Positions 50,723-60,583 of a stretch of DNA of 64,000 nucleotides are shown in pieces. Origin of the DNA: Alphaproteobacteria bacterium (GTDB lineage Bacteria > Pseudomonadota > Alphaproteobacteria > UBA2966); NCBI GenBank assembly GCA_964291395.2, contig OZ219856.1:896001-960000 (forward strand), read 5' to 3'. Position numbers and translations under genes: made by a program. Below the pieces are notes generated by a model that worked only from the letters and a program-made list of their open reading frames with translations, ran no database searches and was not told the origin of the DNA. Position 1 is the first letter of the stretch; each line of letters opens with the position of its first letter.

Positions 50723-50945
50723 GTGAGGAGGAGGCTGGATGAACCGGACGATGTGGCTACGGGAGCGCAGGAGTACGTCGATGCCTACCTCGAGGTAGCA
50801 AACATTACCGAGGACCGCCGCGGGCCTCTGTTCCGGCGTACGGGGCCGGGTCCGCGCGATGCGCTTCTCGAGGAGGGTCTGACGCGGCATGCGGATCTGC
50901 CCGCGGAGATCTGCGCGCACAGCTTTCGGGGGACGGGAATCCGGC
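50723..50945 (+). pseudogene. Tyrosine recombinase/integrase fragment
   Basis: EYVDAYL...DRRGPLFR...LPAEICAHSFRGTGI (HxxR box); lacks the N-terminal domain and catalytic Tyr. Confidence 0.65.
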
Positions 50946-50988
50946 GGAAACAGCTCAGGCTTGGGTCTGTGCCGCCCTTTATGCGTCG

Positions 50989-52494
50989 TTAGAAAACGAA
51001 GCTGAGCCCGAAGAACACCAGCGCCGCCAGCACCGCGGTTGCCGGCACGGTGACGATCCAGGCCGCCACGATCGTGAGGAAATGCGCCCGGCGGACGAGC
51101 TTGCGATGCTGCAGCACCTCCGGCGCCAGCCCGTTGTTGGCATTGAGACCATTGTCGCCGCGTCCGCGCCGCACCATCTCTCGGCGTCGGCGACTGCGCC
51201 GGGTGTAGATCTCGCGGAAAAAGCCGACGCCGAACACCGCGCCGACGGCGATGTGGGTGGAGCTGACCGGCAGCCCCAGCCACGAGGCGATGATCACCGT
51301 GATCGCCGCCGACTGTGCCACGCAATAGGCCCGCATCGGGTTCATCTTGGTGATCTTCTCGCCGACCATGCGCACCACCTTGGGTCCGTAGAGAAACAAC
51401 CCCAGGCTGATGCCGAAGGCGCCGATCATCATGATCCAGGCCGGCACCGCGACCTTGCCGGCAACGTCGCCGAACTGGGTGCTGTGCAGGATCGCGGCAA
51501 GCGGCCCGATGGCATTGGCGACGTCGTTCGCGCCATGCGCGAACGACAGCAACGCCGCCGCACAGATCAGCGGAATGCGAAACAGCGTCCGCAGCGACTG
51601 GTTGCGGTTCTCCATGCCTTCGGACTGGCGGCGAATCAGCGGCTGCACGACCAACCAGACGACGGCAAACACGGCAATGCCGATCAGCGAGACGGTCACT
51701 GCGTCGGGCTTCCACATCCGCTTGAAGCCCTTGATGGCGAGATAGGTGGTAAAGGCGCCGGCCATGATCGCCACCAGCAGCGGCACCCACCGGCGCGCGG
51801 CCGCGATCTTGTCCTCCTGGTAGATCACATTGGTCTTTATGAACGCGAGAAACATCGCCGCGATGATCCCGCCCAGCACCGGCGATATCACCCAACTCGC
51901 CGCGATGGCGCTGAGCGTGCCCCAGTTGACGAGCTGGAAACCGACCGCCGCGATCCCGGCTCCCATGACGCCGCCGACCACTGCGTGGGTGGTTGAAACC
52001 GGTGCGCCGATGAAGGTCGCGAGGTTGATCCAGATCGCCGCGGAGAGCAGCGCGGCCATCATCGCCCACACGAACGTTCTGGTATCGGAGACCAGCGATG
52101 GATCGATGATGCCCTTCGATATGGTCGCCACCACGTCGCCGCCCGCGATCAGCGCGCCCGCGCTTTCGAAGATGGCCGCGATGATCAAGGCGCCGACCAT
52201 GGTCAGCGCCCGCGAGCCAACCGCGGGACCGACATTGTTGGCGACGTCGTTGGCGCCGATGTTCAGCGCCATGTAGCCGCCGAGGATGGCGCCGAACACC
52301 ACGATCGCGGCATCGGCCGTGACGCCGGAGTAGACCCCGGCAACCAGCGCCGACAGGCCCAGGAACAGGAGCGCCATGCTGTGGGGTATGACGCCGGTGC
52401 CGGTCGTGCGCGCCGCCGCCTCGACGTGAACGATTTTCTCGAGGTCCTTATCGAGGGAGGGCTTTACAAGGTCCGTGGATGGACGGTTCGACAT
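50989..52494 (-). CDS. Inorganic phosphate transporter (PiT family)
   Basis: Two GANDVAN signatures, PVSTTH and PVSSTH. Confidence 0.95.
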   Translation of the reverse strand: MSNRPSTDLVKPSLDKDLEKIVHVEAAARTTGTGVIPHSMALLFLGLSALVAGVYSGVTADAAIVVFGAILGGYMALNIGANDVANNVGPAVGSRALTMVGALIIAAIFESAGALIAGGDVVATISKGIIDPSLVSDTRTFVWAMMAALLSAAIWINLATFIGAPVSTTHAVVGGVMGAGIAAVGFQLVNWGTLSAIAASWVISPVLGGIIAAMFLAFIKTNVIYQEDKIAAARRWVPLLVAIMAGAFTTYLAIKGFKRMWKPDAVTVSLIGIAVFAVVWLVVQPLIRRQSEGMENRNQSLRTLFRIPLICAAALLSFAHGANDVANAIGPLAAILHSTQFGDVAGKVAVPAWIMMIGAFGISLGLFLYGPKVVRMVGEKITKMNPMRAYCVAQSAAITVIIASWLGLPVSSTHIAVGAVFGVGFFREIYTRRSRRRREMVRRGRGDNGLNANNGLAPEVLQHRKLVRRAHFLTIVAAWIVTVPATAVLAALVFFGLSFVF

Positions 52495-52506
52495 GTACGG
52501 ATCCGG

Positions 52507-52983
52507 TCAGGTTGGCACGGCGGCGCCGTCGATGGCGGCCACGGCGGCGCGGAGGCGCGCGCCATCGTCGCCCGCGAGTTCGGTGAGCAGACGGGCAAGA
52601 TCGCGATGCTCGACCATCGCGGCGACGTCGGCAAGCCTGCCCCAGCGCCGCTGCCGCTCGTGCTGCTCCAGCCACGACAGCAGATGCAGCTCGACCAGCA
52701 GCGGAAACACGAACACCAGGCAGTGCACTCGGTAACCCTGGCGCACCTCCTTGTCGTAGTTGTAGGAGCCGATCGGCGTTTCGTGCAGGCGGCCGACAAC
52801 GCCAGCTTCCTCCTCGGCCTCGCGGCGCGCCGTCTGCGCCAGGTCCCGCCCACCGGGCGGCCATCCTTTCGGCAGCAGCCACCGTCCGCCGCCGCGCGAG
52901 GTGATCAGCAGCACTTCGAATCCGTCGGCGATCGGAACGAACGGCAGCGTCGCGACCTGCTGGACTGGCCTGGAAAAGAGCAC
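52507..52983 (-). CDS. NUDIX hydrolase (DIPP/Ap6A-like)
   Basis: VLLITSR..RWLLPKGW, REAEEEAGV Nudix box; upstream of PiT. Confidence 0.85.
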   Translation of the reverse strand: MLFSRPVQQVATLPFVPIADGFEVLLITSRGGGRWLLPKGWPPGGRDLAQTARREAEEEAGVVGRLHETPIGSYNYDKEVRQGYRVHCLVFVFPLLVELHLLSWLEQHERQRRWGRLADVAAMVEHRDLARLLTELAGDDGARLRAAVAAIDGAAVPT

Positions 52984-53329
52984 TGTGGAGTGGCTCGAAT
53001 GTTACCGCTTTGTGACAAATCGATCCTAACGTGGTCTCCGGTGCCCAACGAGGACTAATTCACCAAACATCCAGCGCTTCGTCTTTCGATGATGAAAACA
53101 GCTCAGGCTTGAGTCTGTGCCACTTCTTTGCGGTTCAATCCCGGCCCGCGCCGCCGCAGATCCGACCTCTCATCCGTTGCGTGGCGGGCGAGACGATGAG
53201 CCCGGCCGGCGTCGTGGTCGTCGCCTTCGCGTTCTGGCGGCGCAGAGCAACGCCAAGCGGGCGGCGCGTCGGGCCGGACTCCGGTATGATCCGTCGCCTC
53301 TCCGTAGACGCAACTTAGGGGGGACGCCA

Positions 53330-56300
53330 GTGTCACAACGCAAGCTCCTGGTCGCCAACCGGAGCGAGATCGCGATCCGGGTCATGCGGGCAGCAACGGA
53401 ACTCGGCCTGCGGACCGTCGCGATCTACGCCGAGGAAGACAAGCTCGCCCTGCACCGCTTCAAGGCAGACGAAAGCTATCGCATCGGCGCAGATCTCGGC
53501 CCGGTCAGGGCCTATCTCGATATCGACGAGATCATCTTCACGGCCACGCGGACCGGCGCCACCCTGCTTCATCCCGGCTACGGCTTCGTCTCGGAGAAGC
53601 CTGAGCTGGCCGAGGCCTGCGCACGAAACGGTATCGCCTTCGTCGGCCCACCGGCCGAGGTCATGCGCACGCTCGGCAACAAGGTGACCGCCCGCGATCT
53701 CGCCGCGTCGGTCGGCGTCCCCGTCGTACCGGCGACGCCCCCCCTGCCGCGAGACGACGGTGAGTGTCGAAGGCTGGCCGAGGAGGTCGGCTACCCCTTG
53801 ATGCTGAAGGCCAGCTGGGGCGGCGGCGGGCGTGGCATGCGCATCGTCGAGACGCCCGCCGAGCTGACCGCTCAGATCGATGCCGGACGCCGCGAAGCCG
53901 AAGCGGCCTTCGGCAACGGCGAGGTCTATCTGGAAAAGCTGGTCGAACGGGCACGTCATGTCGAGGTGCAGGTTCTCGGCGATCGCCACGGTAATCTGGT
54001 GCATCTCTTCGAGCGGGACTGCTCGCTGCAGCGCCGCAACCAAAAGATCGTCGAGCGTGCGCCGGCCCCCTACCTCGACGACGACAGGCGCCGAGAAGTC
54101 TGCCAGGCCGCCCTGACGCTTTGCCGGGCCGCCGACTATGTCGGGGCCGGCACGGTCGAGTTCCTGATGGATGCCGACGGCGGCGCCTTCTATTTCATCG
54201 AGGTCAATCCGCGGATCCAGGTCGAGCACACGGTGACGGAGGAGGTTACCGGCATCGACATCGTCAAGGCGCAGATCCAGATCGCCCTCGGCGGGCGCAT
54301 TGGCGACGCGCACGCAACCGGCGTGCCGGCGCAAAACGGCATCCGTCTGCACGGCCACGCCTTGCAATGCCGCATCACCACCGAGGACCCGGAGTCGAAC
54401 TTCAAGCCCGACTACGGCCGTATCACCGCCTACCGCGGCGCAACCGGCTTTGGCATCCGGCTCGACGGTGGCACGGCCTATTCCGGTGCCGTCATCACCC
54501 GCTACTACGACAGCCTTCTGGAAAAAGTCACCGCCTGGGCCGCAACCAGGGAAGAAGCCATCCGCCGCATGGACCGGGCGCTCCGCGAGTTCCGTATCCG
54601 CGGCGTCGCGACCAATCTCGTATTTCTCGAGAATGTCATCAATCATCCGCGGTTCCTGGCCGATGAGGTCACCACGCGCTTCATCGACACGACGCCCGAA
54701 CTGATGCACTTTCCCAGGCGCCGCGACCGCGCGACGCGCCTGCTGCGGTATATCGCCGACGTCACCGTCAACGGCAATCCGGAGGTTGCCGGGCGGCCCC
54801 GGCCTTCGAGCACGGCCTTCGCGCCCGTGGTTCCGGCCTTCGATGCCGCTCAGCCGGTCCCCTCGGGCACCAGGCAGCTGCTCGACGATCGCGGGCCGGA
54901 AGGCTTCCGGGACTGGATGCTGGCGCAGCAGCGGGTACTGATCACCGACACGACCATGCGCGACGCCCATCAGTCGCTGCTGGCGACACGCATGCGCTCC
55001 TACGACATGGTGGCGGTCAGCGAAGCCTACGCATACCGTCTGCCGCAGCTCCTCTCCCTGGAGTGCTGGGGCGGCGCCACCTTCGATGTCGCCATGCGAT
55101 TCCTCAAGGAGGATCCCTGGGACCGCTTGATCGACATTCGCCGGCGTGTCCCGAACATCCTGCTGCAGATGCTTCTGCGCGCCTCCAACGCCGTGGGCTA
55201 CGCCAACTATCCCGACAACGCGGTGCGCTACTTCGTGGAGAAGTCGGCCGATGCCGGTGTCGATCTGTTCCGCGTCTTCGACAGCCTCAACTGGGTCGAG
55301 AACATGAAGGTCGCGATCGATGCCGTTCTGAAAACCGGACGGCTCTGCGAAGCGGCGATCTGCTACACCGGCGATCTCTTCGACCGGCGCCGGGCCAAAT
55401 ACGATCTCGACTATTATCTCTCCATGGCCCACGAGCTGAAGCGGGCCGGCACGCATATTCTCGGCATCAAGGACATGGCCGGCCTCTGCCGTCCCGAGCA
55501 GGTCCGCATCCTCGTGCGGAGACTGAAGGAAGAGACCGGCCTGCCTGTCCACTTCCACACTCACGACACTTCCGGCATCTCGGCCGCCACGGTGCTCGCC
55601 GCCTGCGAAGCCGGCGCGGATGCCGTCGACGCGGCGATGGATAGCTTCTCGGGCCTCACGTCCCAGCCCAATCTCGGATCCATCGTCGCGGCGCTCGATG
55701 ACAGCGGCCGAGGCAGCGGCATAGACCCGGCCACCGTCCGCGCCTTCTCCGACTATTGGGAAGCGGTCCGGGCGCAATACGCGGCCTTCGAGCCGGACCT
55801 GCGTGCCGGCGCCTCGGAGGTCTATCTGCACGAGATGCCGGGCGGCCAGTTCACCAATCTCAAGGAGCAAGCGCGCGCCCTGGGTCTGGCCGACCGCTGG
55901 CACGACGTCGCGCACATGTACGCCGAAGCGAACCGGCTGTTCGGCGACATCGTGAAGGTAACACCCTCCTCGAAGGTGGTCGGCGACATGGCCCTCTACA
56001 TGGTGGCGAGCGGAGTGACGCCCGAGCAGGTCCTGGATCCGGACGTCGAGATCGCCTTTCCCGCCTCCGTGGTTTCCATGTTGCGCGGCGAGCTCGGCCA
56101 GCCGCCGGGGGGCTGGCCGAAGCGGATTCAGACGAAGGCGCTGCGAGGCGAAGCGCCGATCGTCGGAAGACCGTCTGATCACATGCCGCCCATGGACCTC
56201 GATGCCGAACGGAACAAGGCCGAACAGGCCGCCGAACGGCTGGTATCGGACTGCGAGCTGGCCTCCAGCATCATGTATCCTTCGGTCTTTGCCGATTATG

Positions 56301-56785
56301 CCCGGCACCGCCGTAATTTCGGGCGCGTCGACATTCTCTCCACGCCGGTCTTCTTCTACGGCATGACCCCCGACCAGGAGATCGCCGTCGAAATCGACGC
56401 GGGCAAGACGCTGGTCATCCGTCTGATGGCCGTCGGTGAAGCCGACGAGCGGGGCGAGCGCGAGGTCTTCTTCGAGCTCAACGGGCAGCCGCGCGTCGTC
56501 ACGATGCCGGACCGCGGCGTCGTCCCCACGGTTGCAGCCAACGAACGCGCCGACCCGGATGACCCGAACCAGGTCGCCGCCCCCATGCCGGGCGTGGTGT
56601 CGACACTGGTGGCGTCGGTCGGGCAATCCGTCGGCGCCGGCGACGTCCTCCTGACCCTGGAAGCGATGAAGATGGAGGCGTCCATCACCGCCCCGGTGGC
56701 CGGCACGGTTTCGCGTCTGCCCATCTCCGTCGGCAGCGTCGTCGACGCCAAGGACCTCCTGGCGGTGGTCCAGCCTGCCGCGTAG
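53330..56785 (+). CDS. pyc: Pyruvate carboxylase
   Basis: LVANRSEIA, HPGYGF, ERDCS.QRR, RDAHQSL.ATR, IKDMAG, HFHTHDT, KVTPSSK, EAMKM biotin site; GTG at 53330. Confidence 0.97.
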   Translation: MSQRKLLVANRSEIAIRVMRAATELGLRTVAIYAEEDKLALHRFKADESYRIGADLGPVRAYLDIDEIIFTATRTGATLLHPGYGFVSEKPELAEACARNGIAFVGPPAEVMRTLGNKVTARDLAASVGVPVVPATPPLPRDDGECRRLAEEVGYPLMLKASWGGGGRGMRIVETPAELTAQIDAGRREAEAAFGNGEVYLEKLVERARHVEVQVLGDRHGNLVHLFERDCSLQRRNQKIVERAPAPYLDDDRRREVCQAALTLCRAADYVGAGTVEFLMDADGGAFYFIEVNPRIQVEHTVTEEVTGIDIVKAQIQIALGGRIGDAHATGVPAQNGIRLHGHALQCRITTEDPESNFKPDYGRITAYRGATGFGIRLDGGTAYSGAVITRYYDSLLEKVTAWAATREEAIRRMDRALREFRIRGVATNLVFLENVINHPRFLADEVTTRFIDTTPELMHFPRRRDRATRLLRYIADVTVNGNPEVAGRPRPSSTAFAPVVPAFDAAQPVPSGTRQLLDDRGPEGFRDWMLAQQRVLITDTTMRDAHQSLLATRMRSYDMVAVSEAYAYRLPQLLSLECWGGATFDVAMRFLKEDPWDRLIDIRRRVPNILLQMLLRASNAVGYANYPDNAVRYFVEKSADAGVDLFRVFDSLNWVENMKVAIDAVLKTGRLCEAAICYTGDLFDRRRAKYDLDYYLSMAHELKRAGTHILGIKDMAGLCRPEQVRILVRRLKEETGLPVHFHTHDTSGISAATVLAACEAGADAVDAAMDSFSGLTSQPNLGSIVAALDDSGRGSGIDPATVRAFSDYWEAVRAQYAAFEPDLRAGASEVYLHEMPGGQFTNLKEQARALGLADRWHDVAHMYAEANRLFGDIVKVTPSSKVVGDMALYMVASGVTPEQVLDPDVEIAFPASVVSMLRGELGQPPGGWPKRIQTKALRGEAPIVGRPSDHMPPMDLDAERNKAEQAAERLVSDCELASSIMYPSVFADYARHRRNFGRVDILSTPVFFYGMTPDQEIAVEIDAGKTLVIRLMAVGEADERGEREVFFELNGQPRVVTMPDRGVVPTVAANERADPDDPNQVAAPMPGVVSTLVASVGQSVGAGDVLLTLEAMKMEASITAPVAGTVSRLPISVGSVVDAKDLLAVVQPAA

Positions 56786-56903
56786 GGCGTCTTCAGCCCG
56801 TCGCGGCGCCACGGGCGCTCGACCTGCTTGTCGTCCGCCTGCCGGCTGGCGTCGCGTAGCGGGGCGGCGTCCCGCCCAACCCGGCGGACGAAGCGGGACA
56901 AGC

Positions 56904-56946
56904 CGAGACTAGGCGAGACTAGGCGAGACGAGTTGCGAGACGAGAC
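56904..56946. repeat. Short tandem array of CGAGAC (CGAGACTAGG x2 plus degenerate copies)
   Basis: Five CGAGAC cores in 43 bp. Confidence 0.5.
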
Positions 56947-56953
56947 CGCGGCG

Positions 56954-57010
56954 CGGCTGTTGAGCCAAGCCGAGGCGGCGGAGATACCGGGGGTCTCGGA
57001 GCGCACCTTC
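56954..57010 (+). mobile_element. Transposase N-terminal HTH fragment (ISNCY/IS481-like)
   Basis: Encodes RLLSQAEAAEIPGVSERTF, resembling the LSQ.EAAE.LG.SERTFRR HTH; truncated at the 40-bp repeat. Confidence 0.5.
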
Positions 57011-57044
57011 CCGCCCGGCGACCGAAGGGCAAGATAAAGGGCAT
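57005..57044 (+). repeat. 40-bp direct repeat, copy 1
   Basis: ACCTTCCCGCCCGGCGACCGAAGGGCAAGATAAAGGGCAT; 38/40 identical to 58186-58225. Confidence 0.9.
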
Positions 57045-57196
57045 TGTTGATTGTTTTGAGCCATGAATCCGTAGATCCCTTGCCCACCTCACTTGAGGGT
57101 TGTGGCTGCTGTTTACGGAGCGCGGCATCCCTCATTTGCTTGTACTCTCTTTCGGGATATGGTTGAGCCATACATCTTGTTGCAGACATGCCTACG

Positions 57197-57433
57197 ATGA
57201 AGACCACGCTCAATCTGAACGATCAGGTGCTCCGCCAAGCCAAGGGACGGGCGGCGCGGGACGGGATCACGCTCACCAGATTCGTCGAAGACGCCTTGCG
57301 CGCGCGCCTCGCGGACGCGCGCAGGAGGAAAGGATCCTTCCGTCTGCGGCTGGAGACCGTGACCGGGGACGCACCCCCCAACGTCGACATCGCCGACCGG
57401 GACGCGCTGTATGACGTGCTCGATCGAGCGTGA
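57197..57433 (+). CDS. VapB-like RHH antitoxin
   Basis: MKTTLNLND.VL..AK..AA..G.TLT..VEDALR; GTGA overlap with the PIN gene. Confidence 0.8.
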   Translation: MKTTLNLNDQVLRQAKGRAARDGITLTRFVEDALRARLADARRRKGSFRLRLETVTGDAPPNVDIADRDALYDVLDRA

Positions 57434-57857
57434 TTGCCGTCGACACCAACATCCTGATTTACGCGCACCGCGGCGAGACCGAGTTCCACGCTGCCGCGGT
57501 CTCACGGCTCACCGCCCTGGCCGAGGGGGCGGAACGCTGGGCCCTGCCGATATTCTGCGTCACCGAGTTCATGCGGGTCGTGACGCATCGCCGCATATTC
57601 AACCCGCCTTCCACGATCGCCCAGGCAGCCGCATTCATCGAGGGCCTCGCGGCCGCTCCGAGTTGCGAGCTCGTGCAGCCGGGACCGGAGTTTCTCCCGC
57701 TTCTCATCTGGCCGCCCGCGAAACCGACGCACACGGCAACCTGATCTTCGACACGCAGATCGCCGCGCTGTGCCGCGAACACGGCATCGATACGATCCTC
57801 ACGAACGACCGTGATTTCGGGCGCTTCGGGCCTTTGAAGGTGCATCGTCTGAGCTGA
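57430..57857 (+). pseudogene. VapC PIN-domain toxin, frameshifted near 57700
   Basis: MIAVDTNILIYAH in one frame; GNLIFDTQIAALCREHG...TNDRDF in another. Confidence 0.8.
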
Positions 57858-57870
57858 CGCCGAGACGCGT

Positions 57871-57957
57871 GGCGAGATGGACCGCTCGGGACGTATCAGC
57901 AAGGTCGGCGTCGGGGCTGTCCGCGCCGCGCTCTACGAGGCCGCCACCGTGCTGCTC
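57871..57957 (+). mobile_element. IS110-family transposase fragment
   Basis: GEMDRSGRISKVG..AVRAALYEAATVLL matches the IS110 C-terminal SG..GRISK.G...R..LYEAA motif. Confidence 0.6.
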
Positions 57958-58185
57958 AAAGAATCCGCGTCAACGGCGGATGTCTTGAGGGCAGGGACGA
58001 ACGGAATGAGCGAGGTCGCGGTAATCGCCGGGCTGCTTCTCAAGCCCGCCTGGCTTCTGATGCCAAGGCTACCTAGAGCAAAAGCTCGCCCGGAACGTCG
58101 AGGCCAAAAGGAACTTCTGCCAAGCCGCCCATGTGTCCTTGAGGTGCCCTACCGAATCTCTTGCGCCCGCCGCCGTTGACATCCA

Positions 58186-58225
58186 ACCTTCCCGCCCGGC
58201 GACCGAAGGGCAGGATAAGGGGCAT
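58186..58225 (+). repeat. 40-bp direct repeat, copy 2
   Basis: ACCTTCCCGCCCGGCGACCGAAGGGCAGGATAAGGGGCAT. Confidence 0.9.
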
Positions 58226-58360
58226 CATGTTAGCTATTTTGTGCCCATAAGAGGCCTTGGCCTCGTATCCCTCTTTTCCACGATCTCCTTGCTTGCCATC
58301 GTTGCAGTGAAGCAGGCAATTCGCTAGCATATTGAAAGCATATAAGACAGAGAGGACACC

Positions 58361-58597
58361 ATGGGCAATCTGACGGTCCGTAACCTCGATGATCGTGTGA
58401 TCGAACGACTCAAGGCGCAGGCCAAGGCGAACCAGCGTTCGCTGGAGGGAGAGGTCCGCCATGTGTTGACGCAACAGGTGGACCGCCCCAGCCGTATCGT
58501 CGCCTTCCGCGAGCGAACACGGCAACTTGTCTCTCTGACGGCGGGTACGAACCAGACCGACAGCGCTGAGCTGCTGCGGGAGGATCGGGACCGGTGA
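58361..58597 (+). CDS. FitA/StbC-like Arc/RHH antitoxin
   Basis: LTVRNLDD.V..RLK..A..NQRSLE.EVR..L; C-terminal DSAELLREDRDR; SD GAGG. Confidence 0.85.
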   Translation: MGNLTVRNLDDRVIERLKAQAKANQRSLEGEVRHVLTQQVDRPSRIVAFRERTRQLVSLTAGTNQTDSAELLREDRDR

Positions 58598-59408
58598 GAG
58601 TGACAGTGGATGCCAGCATCGTCGTCAAATGGTTCGTGGCCGAGCCGCTGTATAGGGAGGCGCGTCTTTTGTTGGACCGGCGTATCCACCTTCACGCTCC
58701 CGATTTCGTGCTCGTCGAGTTCACGAACACGATATGGAAGAAGGTACGCCGGAAAGAGATTCCAGATCCTACGCCGTACCTCGAGGAGCTTGCGGTCTTA
58801 CCCGAAATTGTTGCCCTCCAACCGAGCAGCTCGCTCATCGAGCGTGCTGCACAGATAGCGGTGGAGATCGACCATCCGGTTTACGACTGTCTCTACCTCG
58901 CTTGCGCCGAAGCCACGGATTCGACCGTAATCACTGCCGACCGCCGCTTCGCTGACAAGGCCGTTGATCAGCCGTTTGGCATTTCCGTCCATCACATCGC
59001 AGCACCAGACGTCGCGGGGCGACTAGAGACGGCAGCGACCGCGCTGATTATCGGAGGAGACAAAGTCGAAGCGCTAATCTCCGCCTATGACCTTTTTGCA
59101 GAAACAGAGCGATCAGTTCTTGATGAACTCTTTGCCGGGCGCCCAGGACCGCATATTATACCGACAAGGACCGAGAACCCTTCCTCGACTCTCCCTCCTA
59201 TCGACACCTTGTCGGCTTAGTCCGCGAGTTGAATGCCGACGAGTGCATCGACCTCAACGCTCTAGGCTGGTTGGGTGCCGGCCTCTTCCCCGACTGGCCA
59301 CGAAGCCTCGCGCATGCCGAAGAAATGACGACAAGCCTCGACCCCGAATACACCGCCGGTTATGGCCACCACTGGCGGACTGGATATAGGCGGGCGACGG
59401 GCACGTGA
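58594..59408 (+). CDS. VapC PIN toxin fused to a DUF3775-like domain (one-base frameshift near 59165; in-frame stop at 59220)
   Basis: VDASIVVKWF..E, E..N..WKK, HPVYDCLYLA, ITAD; downstream -1 frame reads LVRELNADECIDLNALGWLG...W..G to TGA at 59408. Confidence 0.7.
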
Positions 59409-59656
59409 TCTTCACTGAGGCTCATCTCTTGGACCGGATACCGAGACTTCATCCCCCGGCAGAGATCACCAGTGGCACAATCCTCTTCACGAACGACCAC
59501 TTTTGCGGCCCATACATCATCCGGCTAAGGGCGCTTGGGTGCCTCCTCCACATTGACCTGTGAAGCAAGCCACTCGGCGAACGCTCGCTCGCCGCTCGGC
59601 GCGAGGTTCAGCTTGCGGAGCCGGTCCGTCAGGGTGCTCTCGTCAATGGACGTCAA

Positions 59657-59840
59657 CTACCCGGCCTTCGTCGAGCAAGGCAACGCCTCGTCTCGAGCGT
59701 CGACAGGTCGAAACGGCTGGAGGAGATCGATGTCGAATCCGACTACCTCGCCGCCTTCAGGTCGACATTGAGGACACTTCCCGGGTCTCCGCGCCAGGTC
59801 CGGCTTTGAGTTCGACATAGAGGCCGTCTCGCAGTTTCAT
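59657..59840 (-). pseudogene. DUF2283-like antitoxin, degraded
   Basis: Blocks MKL, DGLYVELKAGPGAETREV, LNVDL, GEVVGFDID, FDLSTLET separated by indels. Confidence 0.6.
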
Positions 59841-60094
59841 TATTGTCCCCTATTCGTCTCCATACCGTCTGTCAAAAAAGCATTATGGACGGTTTCGCCG
59901 TCTTGGAGGGTGACGACTCGTAGGATCCGCCGCGTATCTTCACCAGGACGGGAGATCTCGCCCCAGAACCGAAGGCGCCCATCAGGACTGCTCCTCCCGC
60001 CGCAGCGGCGCGGCAATGACCGCAACGCATCATGCCGGGCTATGTAAGGGCGCTTGCGACGCACTTGCTCGTCGAAATAACGCGTTGTCTTCAT
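59840..60094 (-). pseudogene. Small putative RelE/BrnT-like toxin upstream of DUF2283, frameshifted
   Basis: MKTTRYF..QV.RKRPYI ... PDGR.RFWG ... LRVVTL.DGETVHNAF; internal frame disturbance. Confidence 0.55.
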
Positions 60095-60323
60095 GCGCGG
60101 CAGGCCGAGGCGTTCCAACGGTTGCCCTACACCGCGCTACTGTCTTCAGCGGATACAGCCGCAGGCGTGGGCTCCATCGGTTCCAAGGACCCGCCATCGT
60201 CCGCGCCTGACCTCATCCGACGGCCTCTCGGACCGGTCGGGGCACGAACGTCATTGTTGTCGGCAAAGAATGGTGTCAGGTTCCGTCATCCCCGGCGGGC
60301 TTCGGGGGAAGGCGAGGGCAGGC

Positions 60324-60545
60324 ATGAACAGGCGGTTGACGGCCATCGTCGAACGCGACGGCGACGGGTACGTCGCGCTCTGCCCCGAGGTGGATGTCGC
60401 CAGCCAGGGGGACAGCGTGGCCGAAGCACGCGGGAACCTCCAGGAGGCGTTGACCCTGTTCTTCGAAACCGCGTCCCCGGAGGAAGTCGGGCGGCGGACC
60501 CGGAGCGAGTTCTACGTCACCCATATCGAGGTAGCCGTTGCCTAG
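60324..60545 (+). CDS. HicB-family antitoxin (short); cognate hicA truncated
   Basis: TAIVERDGDGYVALCPE.DVASQG.SV.EA..NL.EAL.LFFE; only a 13-codon stub (TTG at 60538) follows. Confidence 0.85.
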   Translation: MNRRLTAIVERDGDGYVALCPEVDVASQGDSVAEARGNLQEALTLFFETASPEEVGRRTRSEFYVTHIEVAVA

Positions 60546-60583
60546 ACCGCGGGCCCCGGCGACATCCAGGGGAGGTTGACTCC

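Noticed and set aside
53103-53336. Small ORF with a faint DUF1127-like ending (GLNRKEV)
   Set aside because: Similarity too weak, and it overlaps the divergent pyc/NUDIX upstream region.
53333-56812. 1159-aa antisense ORF
   Set aside because: Shadow of pyc caused by high-GC codon bias; no motifs.
56782-56880. GTAG-type REP-like sequences after pyc
   Set aside because: Hairpins are imperfect, no other clear copies were seen, and there is no RAYT gene.
57005-58225. CRISPR repeats or integron attC sites
   Set aside because: Only two copies 1.18 kb apart, no cas genes, no attC core sites, and the recombinase looks Cre-like rather than IntI.
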